Positions 1-10,206 of a DNA stretch of 64,000 nucleotides are shown here, piece after piece. Under the pieces are notes generated by a model, which ran no database searches, was not told where the DNA came from, and saw only the letters and a program-made list of their open reading frames with translations. Every line of letters starts with the position of its first letter. The first letter of the stretch is position 1. Source of the stretch: a virus; IMG/VR virus record IMGVR_UViG_3300042691_032761, one strand, 5' to 3'. The translations under genes were made by a program, and so were the position numbers.

Positions 1-1
1 C

Positions 2-940
2 ACAATTACTGGATTAACAAGCGTCACATCAGATATCTTATCCACAACAAATATTACCACAAACAAAGTATTTAGTAGCGGATCAACTGTCACTATTGAT
101 GCTCCAAATGTTAGTGTAACAGGCAATCTTAGTGTCGGAGGAAACGTACTAATAAATGGAACTGGAGTATTGGTACAAAGTACTGTTGTTGTTGTTGATG
201 ATCCTATTTTTACTCTTGGTGGTTCGGGAATAGCTCTAAATGATAGTAAAGATCGAGGTATTGAATTTAAATATAATGACGGATCCTCAAGGGTTGGATT
301 TTTTGGATATCAAGATAGTAGCGATAAATTTATATTTTTAAGACAAGCAACAAATACTAATGAAGTTTTTAGTGGAACAAAAGGTGAAATTGATGCTTAT
401 CTCAATTGGTCAAATCTAACTGGAAATATTCCAGATCCAACAGTAACTGTAACTCTCAATGGAGCAGTGTCTGGTAGTGCAAACGGAACCATAACAAATC
501 TTTCTGGTAATCCAACCATTACTATTAATGCTAGTATGGGTAATGACCAAGTGACTCTTGGCACTCATACTGTGGGTAATTATGTAGCATCAATAACTAA
601 TGGTAATTATCTTACTGGAGGAAATGGAGGTAGTGAGGGCGCAGCATTAACATTGGCTGTGGACGCAACATCATCAAATACTGCTAGTAAAGTAGTTGCT
701 AGAGATTCTAATGGTAATTTTAGTGCTGGAACTATAACTGCAACTGGATTTATTGGTAGTGGATCAGGATTAACTGATTTAAATGCATCTAATTTAACTA
801 CTGGAATAGTTTCTTCTGCTAGACTCAGTGGAACATACAACATTTCAGTCACAGGAGTTGTTCCAGGAACAAGTGGAATGTTATTACAAAGTGATGGTGT
901 TGTATCGTATTGGGGATGGATTAATGGTGGAACTCCTTGA
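2..940 (+). CDS. Tail fibre / virion structural protein (5'-truncated by window edge)
   Basis: The frame is open from position 2 (ACA ATT ACT GGA...) into the ORF-track call at 170. G/S/T/N-rich beta-strand composition with fibre motifs VVARDSNGNFSAGTITA and GSGLTDLNASNL. Confidence 0.75.
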   Translation, partial: TITGLTSVTSDILSTTNITTNKVFSSGSTVTIDAPNVSVTGNLSVGGNVLINGTGVLVQSTVVVVDDPIFTLGGSGIALNDSKDRGIEFKYNDGSSRVGFFGYQDSSDKFIFLRQATNTNEVFSGTKGEIDAYLNWSNLTGNIPDPTVTVTLNGAVSGSANGTITNLSGNPTITINASMGNDQVTLGTHTVGNYVASITNGNYLTGGNGGSEGAALTLAVDATSSNTASKVVARDSNGNFSAGTITATGFIGSGSGLTDLNASNLTTGIVSSARLSGTYNISVTGVVPGTSGMLLQSDGVVSYWGWINGGTP

Positions 941-979
941 TAGTATATAATTAGACATTTTTAGTCTAATATTTACTAT
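940..979 (+). other. AT-rich imperfect inverted repeat in intergenic region
   Basis: ATAGTA..ATTAGAC / GTCTAAT..TACTAT arms lie between two fibre genes. Weak stem with no clear U-tract. Confidence 0.3.
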
Positions 980-1018
980 AAATTTATTAGGACTAACAAC
1001 TAATTTAAAAGTATTATT

Positions 1019-3568
1019 ATGCCAAGACACAATCTTATATCATTACGATCAGGAACAGAAAATCAATGGACTTCTACTAATCCTATTTTATCTAGTGGTG
1101 AACCAGGATTCGAAATAGATACCGGACGTGTCAAGATAGGCAATGGAACAACAGCATGGAGTGGATTGTATTATAATTCTATTATTCCAACAGGATTAAT
1201 TGCTGGAAATAATATCAATATAAATCTAGGAACAAATGGATCTACCGCAACAATAGGGGTTAGTGGATCCGTACAACAGTCAGAGTCTTTGGTAACTAGT
1301 GTTTTTAATGAAACTGGTGCTACTCTTTCCAAGATGACTGCTGTTTATATTAATGGTGGTCACGGAGATTTGCCAACTATCCAAAAGGCTATTGCTACTA
1401 GTGATATTACTAGCGCTGGCACCTATGGACTAGTATATCAAGATATTGATAATATGGAAATTGGTCAAGTTGTAGTTTTTGGATTAATGGGAGGAGTCAA
1501 TACTGATCCTGCTCATGGAGGCATTGCTGGTGCTACAGAGGGCTCTGTGCTATATCTTAGTCCCACAGTTTCAGGTGCTATTACAACTACGAAACCATAT
1601 GCCCCTGACCATATTGTTTCTATTGGTACCGTTGTTAGAGTTCATCAAAATGAGGGTGTTATAGAAGTTAGAGTTCAAAATGGATTTGAATTAGAAGAAC
1701 TACATAATGTTGCGGTTACTGGTGCTACAAATGGTCAGTTCTTGCAATATAATAGCGGTAGTGGATTATGGGTTCCTAGTAGTAGTGGAAACTTTACTTC
1801 ACTAAGCGTTAATAATACTGGAGTTGTAGTTGGTAGCGGTGGCTCTGCTGGGTATTTAAGTAAATTTACAAACTCAAACACTATAGAGAATAGTTCAATA
1901 TATCAAGAATTTTCTAATAAAATTAGAATAGGAGAAAATCAGCAAGGCTATATCGTTGTATCTGATGACTCTTATGGAGGAGAATTAGGAATATTAACTA
2001 ATCTTGATGAAGTTATAGCAATTAAATTCCAAGATGGATCTTTTAGATATGGCGGTGGATATGTTGGTGGAGAAAATATTGTTGTTGCTTCTAATGGGAA
2101 TGTTGGAATAGGAACCGACACGCCTACTGAAAAATTAACTGTTAATGGTAATGGTAATTTTATTGGAAATCTTACTGTTAGTGGCAATCTATCTCCAGGA
2201 TCCATTAGTGGAGTTGATCCTTTATACATACAGACACAAACGGCGAGTATGATCTTAAATGATTATACTATATTCTTACAAAATGATGCTAAGTCGCAAG
2301 GTAATTTTTATCTAGAAGGACCATCAATAGTACAAGATGCTTTGCTAGTAACAGATTCTGATAGAATCGTAACATCATTGTCTTCTCCCTCTTTAACAGA
2401 AATTGGTTATGTTGGCGGCGTTACTAGTAATATACAAACTCAATTAGATAGTAAACAAAATACACTAATAAATCCTATTACTGGTACTGGTGTAGCAAAT
2501 CATATTCCTTACTGGAGTAGCACTAGCGGATTGCTTGCTGATAGTAATCAGTTGGTTTGGGATAGTACTAATAATAGGTTGGGAATAGGAACAGCTAGTC
2601 CGACCAGCACATTACAAGTTAGCGGACTAATAACGGCTAATAGTGGAACATTTGAGTCTATTAATGTTACTGGCCCAGCCGTTTCTAGCGGTTCATTAGT
2701 ATCATTTACGCATCCAGATAATACCGGCTCTTCCGATTATGATGCAATTATTTCTGGACAATTACATCTTACTAGAAATGCAAATAATGGAATATATAAT
2801 TTAGCTACAGAGGCTAGCTGGGACCAAAGTTTAAGCCCATCTGGAACAATATGGAACAATGAAGGCTGGAGCAATCTAGAAAATTTTAAATCTAGAACAT
2901 ATTCTGCTTTATGGAGTGCTGTTGGTGGTCAGCTTGGATACAATCTTCCAGGTGCTGAATTGATAATGAAACACGTTGATACTAATAGATATTGGAAAGT
3001 TAAATTTACTAGCTGGACTCAAGGTGGCGGCGGCGGATTTGCTTATGAAAGACAAGAGATATTTATTGATAATGCTATGAATGTTAGTGGTAGTTCTAAT
3101 TTTAATGATTTATTAACTGCTAATAAGTTATCAGCAAGTGAATTAACTTGTGAAAAATTATCTGTTATTGGAGAAGATTTAACGGTTGGTGGTCAGACAC
3201 CAAGCATAAGCCTAAAAGGATATTCATGGTTTGGTAAAGTCGATGGATCTGTGGGCATAGCAGTTTCAGTTAATAATTCTGGAACATTTGGTAGTTCGTC
3301 AGCTTTTGCTACCTTTGGTGGATTTAATGAAAGCGTAACAGCATATACTCCTATGTGTTTTGCTTCTAATTTTTCGCCACAATTATATCTAAATACTAAT
3401 GGTAATGTTGGTATAAATAAAGCAACCCCATCACAAAAACTTGATGTCAATGGAAATATTAATATTAGTGAAAATTTAATCTTCAATAACAATACATCCT
3501 TGTCAGAATCTGAGTTAACAACTATAATAAATAGTAAAAATATATACATGTGGTCTAATTATATATAG
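1019..3568 (+). CDS. Tail fibre protein with Mtd_N/hyaluronidase-type N-terminal anchor
   Basis: N-terminus LRSGTENQWTSTNPILSSGEPGFEIDTGRVKIGNGTTAWSGL matches the common phage fibre N-terminal motif. Three (N/R)xGIxxxxPxxxLxVxG shaft repeats follow. Confidence 0.8.
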   Translation: MPRHNLISLRSGTENQWTSTNPILSSGEPGFEIDTGRVKIGNGTTAWSGLYYNSIIPTGLIAGNNININLGTNGSTATIGVSGSVQQSESLVTSVFNETGATLSKMTAVYINGGHGDLPTIQKAIATSDITSAGTYGLVYQDIDNMEIGQVVVFGLMGGVNTDPAHGGIAGATEGSVLYLSPTVSGAITTTKPYAPDHIVSIGTVVRVHQNEGVIEVRVQNGFELEELHNVAVTGATNGQFLQYNSGSGLWVPSSSGNFTSLSVNNTGVVVGSGGSAGYLSKFTNSNTIENSSIYQEFSNKIRIGENQQGYIVVSDDSYGGELGILTNLDEVIAIKFQDGSFRYGGGYVGGENIVVASNGNVGIGTDTPTEKLTVNGNGNFIGNLTVSGNLSPGSISGVDPLYIQTQTASMILNDYTIFLQNDAKSQGNFYLEGPSIVQDALLVTDSDRIVTSLSSPSLTEIGYVGGVTSNIQTQLDSKQNTLINPITGTGVANHIPYWSSTSGLLADSNQLVWDSTNNRLGIGTASPTSTLQVSGLITANSGTFESINVTGPAVSSGSLVSFTHPDNTGSSDYDAIISGQLHLTRNANNGIYNLATEASWDQSLSPSGTIWNNEGWSNLENFKSRTYSALWSAVGGQLGYNLPGAELIMKHVDTNRYWKVKFTSWTQGGGGGFAYERQEIFIDNAMNVSGSSNFNDLLTANKLSASELTCEKLSVIGEDLTVGGQTPSISLKGYSWFGKVDGSVGIAVSVNNSGTFGSSSAFATFGGFNESVTAYTPMCFASNFSPQLYLNTNGNVGINKATPSQKLDVNGNINISENLIFNNNTSLSESELTTIINSKNIYMWSNYI

Positions 3569-3576
3569 GAGAAGAT

Positions 3577-3960
3577 ATGGCTACAGCACCAGTTTTTTCA
3601 GTAATTCCAAGAGTTGGTTTAGGACAGGTAAGCACCGCGAATACTAATAGAGATGGTACAGGTACTATAGCTACTATTTTAACTGGTGGCTCATCTGGTA
3701 CAAAAATTACAGAGATTGTTGTTGAGGCAACTGGCACAACGACCGCCGGAATGGTTAGAATATATCTAAATGATGGAACTAATACTAGATTATTTGATGA
3801 ATTTCTTGTCATAGCAGTAACTGCCGGTGCCTCAACTGTTGTTTATAGAGGATCAAGAGTTTATGAAAACTTAACTCTTCCAAATAATTCATGGAGTATA
3901 AGAGCCTCAACTCATAACGCTGAAACATTTAATGTGTTTGTATTAGGTGCTGATTTATGA
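3577..3960 (+). CDS. Small virion structural protein (tail-fibre associated, beta-rich)
   Basis: AGGAG RBS upstream; 127 aa; ATGA overlap with the next gene; fibre-cluster context. Confidence 0.6.
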   Translation: MATAPVFSVIPRVGLGQVSTANTNRDGTGTIATILTGGSSGTKITEIVVEATGTTTAGMVRIYLNDGTNTRLFDEFLVIAVTAGASTVVYRGSRVYENLTLPNNSWSIRASTHNAETFNVFVLGADL

Positions 3961-4880
3961 ATGATGGAATTTATTCTATAAATAAATCTACTATTGAAAG
4001 TTTTCTGTTTACAAGAAACAGTAAGCCAGACGGAGCTATTGGTTCTAATGGCACTTATTATTGGTCTATTCCAGAAAAAGCTAAATATATAGAAATAGAA
4101 GCTGTTGCTTCTGGTGGGGGCGGAGGTGGCGGTAGAAGAGGAGCTGCCGGAACCATAAGAGGCGGCGGTGCTGGTGGGGCAACAGGAGGAAGAACAAGAT
4201 ATAATTTTCCAGTATCAGATATAGCAAATTTTGCTACATCAAAAATGTTAGTAATATCTGTTGGCGCTGGCGGAGGTGGTGGTGCGGCTGTTACAACAGA
4301 TGACACAAATGGAAATCCTGGATCAATAGGTAACCCATCTTCTGTTAGACTCTTACAAAATGCTAATTTTTTTCTAGCATACGCTTGGCAAACAACAGCA
4401 TCTACTGGTGGAACTTCTTCTGCTGGAGGAACTGGTGGAAGTCCCGCTTGGGTATCTATGTACCCTGGCGTGGTAGGAGGTGCTGGTTCTAACGGAACCT
4501 CTGCAGCAGGAAGTAACGGTGGCACAGTTGCTCAAAATCCAGGCGCGGGCGGAGGAGGAGTAAACGCATCTAATACAGCAACTGCTGGAGCAACAGCGTA
4601 TGGAACAGAAATTGCGAGAACCGCACCAACAGCCTTGAATCCCGCTGGAGGAAATAATACTGGAGGGAATGGAACAAATGGAACAACAGCAATACCGGGT
4701 GGATATGGTATGGGTGGTGGCGGCGGAGGAGGAAACCCTTCTGGCGCTGGCGGAAGCGGAGGAAACGGAGGTTTTCCGGGTGGAGGCGGAGGCGGCGGCG
4801 GCGGAGGCTTAAATGGTTTTACTGGTGGGGCCGGAGGCAACGGGGCCGATGGCATGGTTCGCATTTATGTGTGGTATTAA
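3957..4880 (+). CDS. Glycine-rich tail fibre tip / adhesin-like protein
   Basis: IEAVASGGGGGGG...GGAGGNGADGMVRIYVWY architecture is typical of phage glycine-rich domains. Confidence 0.75.
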   Translation: MNDGIYSINKSTIESFLFTRNSKPDGAIGSNGTYYWSIPEKAKYIEIEAVASGGGGGGGRRGAAGTIRGGGAGGATGGRTRYNFPVSDIANFATSKMLVISVGAGGGGGAAVTTDDTNGNPGSIGNPSSVRLLQNANFFLAYAWQTTASTGGTSSAGGTGGSPAWVSMYPGVVGGAGSNGTSAAGSNGGTVAQNPGAGGGGVNASNTATAGATAYGTEIARTAPTALNPAGGNNTGGNGTNGTTAIPGGYGMGGGGGGGNPSGAGGSGGNGGFPGGGGGGGGGGLNGFTGGAGGNGADGMVRIYVWY

Positions 4881-4882
4881 TT

Positions 4883-5293
4883 ATGGGAAATAATCAAAAT
4901 TCATGGGCATTAATTCGTCCAGACGGCTTAGTTGAAACTTTTTTAAGAATAGACTTACCAGAAAATTGGGAACCGCCAGAAGGATACAGCGTTCTTCCTG
5001 ACGATGAACTTCCCGAAAATTGGCAAAAATTTGTTGAACCAAACATTGTGCCACAGAGCATATCTGCTAGACAGATTAGATTATGGTTGATTAAAAATGG
5101 TTTTAGTTTATCAGATATTGAAATAGCTATTAATAGTATCCAAGATCAAGCTGTAAGAGATATGACTTTAGTGGAATGGGAATACGCCCCATATGTTGAA
5201 AGAAATCATCCTATGGTTTCAGCAATTGCTAATGCTCTTGGCTTAAACAATGAACAAATTGATACATCTTTTATAGAAGCCTCTCGGCTTTGA
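4883..5293 (+). CDS. Tail fibre assembly/chaperone-like protein
   Basis: ATG at 4883 preferred over GTG at 4871. Motifs VPQSISARQIRLWL, EWEYAPYVERNHPMV and LGL..EQID..FIEA are typical of small genes following fibre genes. Confidence 0.6.
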   Translation: MGNNQNSWALIRPDGLVETFLRIDLPENWEPPEGYSVLPDDELPENWQKFVEPNIVPQSISARQIRLWLIKNGFSLSDIEIAINSIQDQAVRDMTLVEWEYAPYVERNHPMVSAIANALGLNNEQIDTSFIEASRL

Positions 5294-5318
5294 TTAATAA
5301 ATAATTAAAAAAAATAGT

Positions 5319-5651
5319 ATAAGCATATTAAACTCTCAACCAGCACAAACTATTGCAAATGATTTAAAGAATTCTACAAAACAAATCTTTATGATGATAA
5401 AGAACGCTTTTAATGCTGGGTCCATAAATTTTTGGAATAATCCTAAAGCAACTCCAACCCAAATTGCGGACGCACTCGGAACAGATGCCAAAGAAGTATT
5501 TGAATTACACTATGCTCTTGGTCAATTAATTGGTTCAGTAAAACCACAAGTAATATCATCAGGATTAAGTTTAATTGGTCAATTTACAATGAACGAAGAT
5601 GGCACTGTTACTATTACTGAACAAATTCCAGGCCCTTCTGGACCACCATAA
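5319..5651 (+). CDS. Hypothetical protein (start uncertain: ATA 5319 or ATG 5391)
   Basis: The ORF track gives 5391-5651, but the frame is open upstream and reads (I/M)SILNSQPAQTIANDLKNSTKQIF from 5319. Confidence 0.55.
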   Translation: MSILNSQPAQTIANDLKNSTKQIFMMIKNAFNAGSINFWNNPKATPTQIADALGTDAKEVFELHYALGQLIGSVKPQVISSGLSLIGQFTMNEDGTVTITEQIPGPSGPP

Positions 5652-5660
5652 ACACTATTG

Positions 5661-5676
5661 GGTGTATTCAATAATA
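5661..5676 (+). promoter_or_regulatory. Candidate phage late-promoter motif GGTGTAT
   Basis: GGTGTATTCAATAATA is intergenic, 44 nt before the 5705 start. The same heptamer occurs at 9054, 12120 and 23177. Confidence 0.45.
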
Positions 5677-5704
5677 TTGAAATTTCTTTCAGAAAGGCCA
5701 TATT

Positions 5705-6229
5705 ATGTCATGGAATCTAGAACTACCAATTATAGTACGAACTTTAATTAATGATTGGTCAGACAATCCAACATACTCTGATGAAAGAATAGTACAAGTA
5801 TTAACTGTAGCAGCTAAATATGTTCAATTTGATGTAGTTTTAGATCATACATATGAAGTTGATGTGACTAATAATACCATTTCTCCTGATCCAACGGAAG
5901 ATGGTGATAAGGATGAAATTTTTGTTAGTTTACTTGCTCTTAAAGCAGCATGTATTATAGATCAAAGCACATTCAGAACAAAAGCCACTATGGAGGGGTT
6001 GAGAGCATCTCTTGGTCCAGCAGCATTTTCTGTTGGAGGAAGTTTGGCTGGATGGAAAGAAATTTTAGAAAAAGGACCATGCGCTTTGTATAATGACTTT
6101 GTTGAGCACTGGGATGTTGCAAATGCTTCTTCTGTTAAAGCTATACTCAGTCCATTTGCTGGAAATAAATTTGATCCAAGCATCCTTGGTATGTATTCGA
6201 GTCAAAGAGGTAGAACATTTTTCTCCTAA
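5705..6229 (+). CDS. Putative head-tail adaptor/neck protein
   Basis: 174 aa, helical N-terminus (IVRTLINDWSDNPTYSDERI) resembling adaptor proteins; first gene of the neck-tail block. Confidence 0.5.
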   Translation: MSWNLELPIIVRTLINDWSDNPTYSDERIVQVLTVAAKYVQFDVVLDHTYEVDVTNNTISPDPTEDGDKDEIFVSLLALKAACIIDQSTFRTKATMEGLRASLGPAAFSVGGSLAGWKEILEKGPCALYNDFVEHWDVANASSVKAILSPFAGNKFDPSILGMYSSQRGRTFFS

Positions 6230-6243
6230 TTAGGTAATAAATT

Positions 6244-6681
6244 ATGTCAGCAGCAGAATACAATTTTAACTTAGATAAAGGATCTATTTTTTATATATCT
6301 TTTTCTTATCTAGATGATTCAAGCCAAATCATTAACTTAACAAATTGGCTTGGAAGATTCAGCTTTACACCTGTTGATGGATCGTTTGTTAATACAACAA
6401 CAACATATTTTACAGGCAATACTAATGCTAATTATAGTTTCTTAATAGATGAAGATAATGGTAAGTTAATTTTAAGACTACCTTCGTCCACAACTTCTTC
6501 TTTTGATTTTTCTGCCGCTAGATATGATCTTGATCTCAAGGCGCCAAACGAATTATATAGTGGCGCTGGAGACAATATATTTAAACTTGTAAAAGGAACA
6601 ATAACAATTTTACCAGGAAATTCTACTAGTCCGCAAGACTTTCCTATTAGTGAGGAAGAAACCCCTTGTGAGGGCTGCTAA
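6244..6681 (+). CDS. Virion structural protein (BppU-like beta-sandwich)
   Basis: Pattern IINLTNW...GKLILRL...ARYDLDL...LVKGTITILP is common in phage structural Ig-like domains. Confidence 0.55.
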   Translation: MSAAEYNFNLDKGSIFYISFSYLDDSSQIINLTNWLGRFSFTPVDGSFVNTTTTYFTGNTNANYSFLIDEDNGKLILRLPSSTTSSFDFSAARYDLDLKAPNELYSGAGDNIFKLVKGTITILPGNSTSPQDFPISEEETPCEGC

Positions 6682-6959
6682 TGAGCAATGTAATAGTCAA
6701 CACATCTCAATCATATATAAATGTAACATCATCGGATGTGGATGGAAATTTAATAACTAATACTGTTGTGGCTGACAATATGCCACAAATCCAAATTGTT
6801 GATACCAACTCTCAGTCAATGTCTCGCTTAATAGGAGGATCTGCTCCTCAATCCTCAGTTGATGTTGGTCAACCAGGAGAAATTAGATGGGACAGTAATT
6901 ATTTGTATCTGTGCGTATCTGCAAACAGATGGAAAAAAATAACTTTATTGGAACTATAA
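6681..6959 (+). CDS. Small structural protein with fibre-type C-terminal motif
   Basis: GQPGEIRWDSNYLYLCVSANRWKK motif; TAATG overlap with the upstream gene. Confidence 0.55.
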   Translation: MSNVIVNTSQSYINVTSSDVDGNLITNTVVADNMPQIQIVDTNSQSMSRLIGGSAPQSSVDVGQPGEIRWDSNYLYLCVSANRWKKITLLEL

Positions 6960-6960
6960 T

Positions 6961-7482
6961 ATGAATATATTTAATGGATTAATAAATGCAGAATTTAAAA
7001 ATCTGTATAATCAAGCAATAGAGAGTCTGTTGGATTCTACAGCACTATCTGTTGCCTGTAAATTAAAATATAATACCACGGACAGATCATTTTGTACGAA
7101 TTGCGTATATAATCCTATCTTAGAAAAATCATTTAATAAATATAATGGCACTGGTCCAGTGTCTTTTGCTGAAGGTTCAATCTGTCCTGTTTGCGGAGGA
7201 TTTGGTAAGATTATATATGACGCAGAAGAAATAGTTTATCTTGGAGTTATATTTGATAGTAAATATTGGTTAAATTGGGGACCTAAAAATATACAGATTC
7301 CAAATCTCGCCGCTCAAACCCTATGCGCTATTTCTTTGATGCCAAAACTACAAAATGCTACTCAAATGATTGTTGCAGATAATGAATCGTATGATAACAA
7401 TTTATATTCTAAGGCCGGACCACCAATTCCCATGGGACTTGGAGAACACAAGTTTATTCTTACAAACTGGACAAGGCCATGA
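6961..7482 (+). CDS. Putative head-closure/neck protein with CxxC...CxxC
   Basis: CTNC and CPVCGG motifs; position in the neck block. Confidence 0.45.
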   Translation: MNIFNGLINAEFKNLYNQAIESLLDSTALSVACKLKYNTTDRSFCTNCVYNPILEKSFNKYNGTGPVSFAEGSICPVCGGFGKIIYDAEEIVYLGVIFDSKYWLNWGPKNIQIPNLAAQTLCAISLMPKLQNATQMIVADNESYDNNLYSKAGPPIPMGLGEHKFILTNWTRP

Positions 7483-8129
7483 CATTAAAATTTAGTTTGA
7501 AGCTTATAGAATCTGATACTCAGATTAAAAAAGTTATTTTATCTAGCATAAGAGATATTCTAGACACAGCCCTGTCAAAATCCTTACCGTCAATAAAACA
7601 GCAGTTACAACAAGTTATAATTGATGCAATTAAAAATGAATCAGAATATATGTCATTAAAAAGTGGTCAGCTCAGATATGAATTTGGTATTCCTGACGTG
7701 TCAATTATTGATAAAGTAATAGAAGATATGTGTCAAGGACAAGCAATCAAACTTCCAATAAATATAAATTCTAGAGGAATATCTGGAGGATTAAAATATA
7801 TTGTTATAGATGGTGAAAAAGTATCTCAAACAATAGAAGATCCAAGTAATTTTGTTAGAGATATTAAGGGATATGCTATGCCATGGTTAAAGTGGCTATT
7901 AACACATGGAACAAACACAATAGTTAAAAATTTTGAAGTTCGATTGGGCCCGAATCCCAGGTCAAGAAGTGGTATGGCAATCATGGTTGAGTCATCAGGA
8001 TCACAGTGGTACGTTCCTGCTCAATTTGCTGGAACAACATCAAATAATTGGATAACCAGAGCTATTAATAGGCTTAATGATGACAGTTTTTCTAAAATCA
8101 TTCAAAACAATATTGAGAAAAATATATGA
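7479..8129 (+). CDS. Putative neck/tail-completion protein
   Basis: 216 aa; WLKWLL.HGT and NWITRAI motifs reminiscent of HK97 gp10-like proteins; synteny. Confidence 0.45.
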   Translation: MTLKFSLKLIESDTQIKKVILSSIRDILDTALSKSLPSIKQQLQQVIIDAIKNESEYMSLKSGQLRYEFGIPDVSIIDKVIEDMCQGQAIKLPININSRGISGGLKYIVIDGEKVSQTIEDPSNFVRDIKGYAMPWLKWLLTHGTNTIVKNFEVRLGPNPRSRSGMAIMVESSGSQWYVPAQFAGTTSNNWITRAINRLNDDSFSKIIQNNIEKNI

Positions 8130-9091
8130 GCTGTAATGAAAATCCATATAAATTACATGGAATAAGTAGTCTTCAAGATAATACCTTAATTCCAACAGTA
8201 GAAGAAAATTTAAAAAGTTTTTTTGATTATGGATTACTCCATATAGGAGGATTCATTAATGTCAATATTCCAACGTCTGGACTTTATAAAACAACTTTTC
8301 ATACTTTAAAACCATCAAAAGATCCTTCGTATGTTGCTAATACCGTGTGGCAAACACCAAAAAAAGATTGGATATGGGAATCTGGAATTTCTTATAATAA
8401 TACTCAACCAATTAATATTAGTGGAATAAAAATAGCAAATACTTTTTATCCAGCACCTAGTGGATCTGGCACAATAGAATTTAGATTAGATTATGAAAAT
8501 GGTCAAGTAATTTTTAATAAAGCAATTAATTCATCGTCTAAAGTTGAAATGAATTATAGTTATAGATGGTGTCAGATTATTAAATCTAATCATAATATGT
8601 GGCAAACTCTTCAAACAATGACATATCAGCCAAATCCTCAAATAAGTCAGGCTGATAAAGGAGATTACTCAATATCAGCATCTCATAGATTACAATTACC
8701 AGCAATAGTTATTGAGACCATACCAAGGAATTCTAATACTCCATACGAATTAGGATCATTAGTTTCATATAGACAACAAGATATATTATGTCATATTTAT
8801 GCTGAAAATATTAATGATTGTAATATTCTAATGGATATACTAAGATTACAAAAAGACAAAACAATATTACTATATGATCTTAAAAAAGTTATAAATAATA
8901 ATTTTTATGGCTTAAATAATAATGGGTCAAAAAATAATAATGGATTAAATTATGGTCAAATTGTAAGCAATCCTAATCTTACATGGAATCGTTTATATAT
9001 AAAAGATGTCAATTTTTTGGATATACAAAAAAATACATCCTCAAGCATGGTTTGGTGTATCACTAGATTAACAGTCGAAGTTATCGTCTAA
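8126..9091 (+). CDS. Putative tail terminator / structural protein
   Basis: LQLPAIVIE...QDILCHIYAE...DILRLQ pattern; directly upstream of the major tail protein. Confidence 0.45.
   Translation: MSCNENPYKLHGISSLQDNTLIPTVEENLKSFFDYGLLHIGGFINVNIPTSGLYKTTFHTLKPSKDPSYVANTVWQTPKKDWIWESGISYNNTQPINISGIKIANTFYPAPSGSGTIEFRLDYENGQVIFNKAINSSSKVEMNYSYRWCQIIKSNHNMWQTLQTMTYQPNPQISQADKGDYSISASHRLQLPAIVIETIPRNSNTPYELGSLVSYRQQDILCHIYAENINDCNILMDILRLQKDKTILLYDLKKVINNNFYGLNNNGSKNNNGLNYGQIVSNPNLTWNRLYIKDVNFLDIQKNTSSSMVWCITRLTVEVIV
9054..9067 (+). promoter_or_regulatory. Candidate late-promoter motif GGTGTAT
   Basis: GGTGTATCACTAGA lies 56 nt upstream of the major tail protein start. Confidence 0.4.
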
Positions 9092-9109
9092 TACAAAAAC
9101 GAGGTTATC

Positions 9110-10171
9110 ATGGCAGCAAATAATCGTATTTTCTATGCCGTTCAAGCAGTAAAAGTTAAACCATGTCGCTCAGTCAATGGCTCATATACCTATGGAAGCG
9201 AATCAATATTAAAAGGTATTCAAAGCGTTGGTATGACCACCAACTTCAATCTAGAGCAAGTTTATCAATTAGGTCAATTAGAACTATATGATAATGTTGA
9301 AGAAGTTCCTGATATTGAAGTAACATTAAATAAAGTATTGGACGGAACAAGACTTGTATATAATCTAGCTTTAGACGGCAACGTAGCTAATAGCAGCGAT
9401 AATCTTACGCTCACAGAAATTTCTGATCGCAGATGTGATGTTGCTTTAGGCATTTGGGACGATACTGCTACTGGCGCTAGCGGAGCAGCAAAATATTATG
9501 TTGTTTGCACAGGTATGTATGTTAGTAGTGTAAGTTATAACTTTACTAGTGATGGTAATTTTACAGAAGATGTGACCTTGGTAGGTAATCATAAAAAGTG
9601 GGGATTAACTGGCGGCGGTGGTATAGGTGGCTTCTCAACAGGTCTTGTTGATAGTGGAGACCAAACCAAGAGAGTATCAAAGAGATGGTCATTTAGTAAA
9701 ACCGATAGTGTTCTACCTAGTGGTAGTGGCGGTATTCCAGGTAGCTTTGCTGCTGGCTCAGGCTTGCATGTAAATAGTGTTACTCTTTCTTGCAATCTAG
9801 GAAGAGAAGCTATTAATGAACTTGGTAAGAGAAGTCCATATTACAGATATATTCAATTCCCAGTAGAAATAACTTCTGAAATTGAAATTACTGCTACTGA
9901 AGGAGATCAGGTTGATGCTGATGACTTTGAGTCAGCAACCGGTTGCAGTGCTGCGTCAAAGAGTAATCTTACAAATAAGTCAATTAAAGTTGCTGTTTGT
10001 GATGCTAATAATGCAGACGGCAGTATCGATTATATGATTGATTTAGGTAGTAAAAATAAACTAACTTCAGTTAATTACACTGGTGGTGACACGGGTGGTG
10101 GAAATGCTACTATAACATATAGCTTCCAAACCTTTAATACCTTTAAGGTTAGTGGCGTAGCCGCCAGCTGA
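9110..10171 (+). CDS. Major tail (tube) protein
   Basis: GAGG RBS; beta-rich; GIQSVGMTTNFNLEQVYQLGQLELY and GREAINELGKRSPY look like two tube-domain halves; upstream of chaperones and the TMP. Confidence 0.65.
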   Translation: MAANNRIFYAVQAVKVKPCRSVNGSYTYGSESILKGIQSVGMTTNFNLEQVYQLGQLELYDNVEEVPDIEVTLNKVLDGTRLVYNLALDGNVANSSDNLTLTEISDRRCDVALGIWDDTATGASGAAKYYVVCTGMYVSSVSYNFTSDGNFTEDVTLVGNHKKWGLTGGGGIGGFSTGLVDSGDQTKRVSKRWSFSKTDSVLPSGSGGIPGSFAAGSGLHVNSVTLSCNLGREAINELGKRSPYYRYIQFPVEITSEIEITATEGDQVDADDFESATGCSAASKSNLTNKSIKVAVCDANNADGSIDYMIDLGSKNKLTSVNYTGGDTGGGNATITYSFQTFNTFKVSGVAAS

Positions 10172-10206
10172 TTGTAGTTAGTATTCGGAAATAATAGGAG
10201 GACACA

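Noticed and set aside
2489-2496. GGTGTAG as another late-promoter copy (also GGTGTAA near 44444)
   Set aside because: The seventh base differs and the sites are mid-gene or on the non-coding strand, far from any start.
4058-4864. Pro-rich minus-strand ORFs (4058-4525, 4532-4864)
   Set aside because: They are antisense shadows of GGN glycine codons in the Gly-rich gene.
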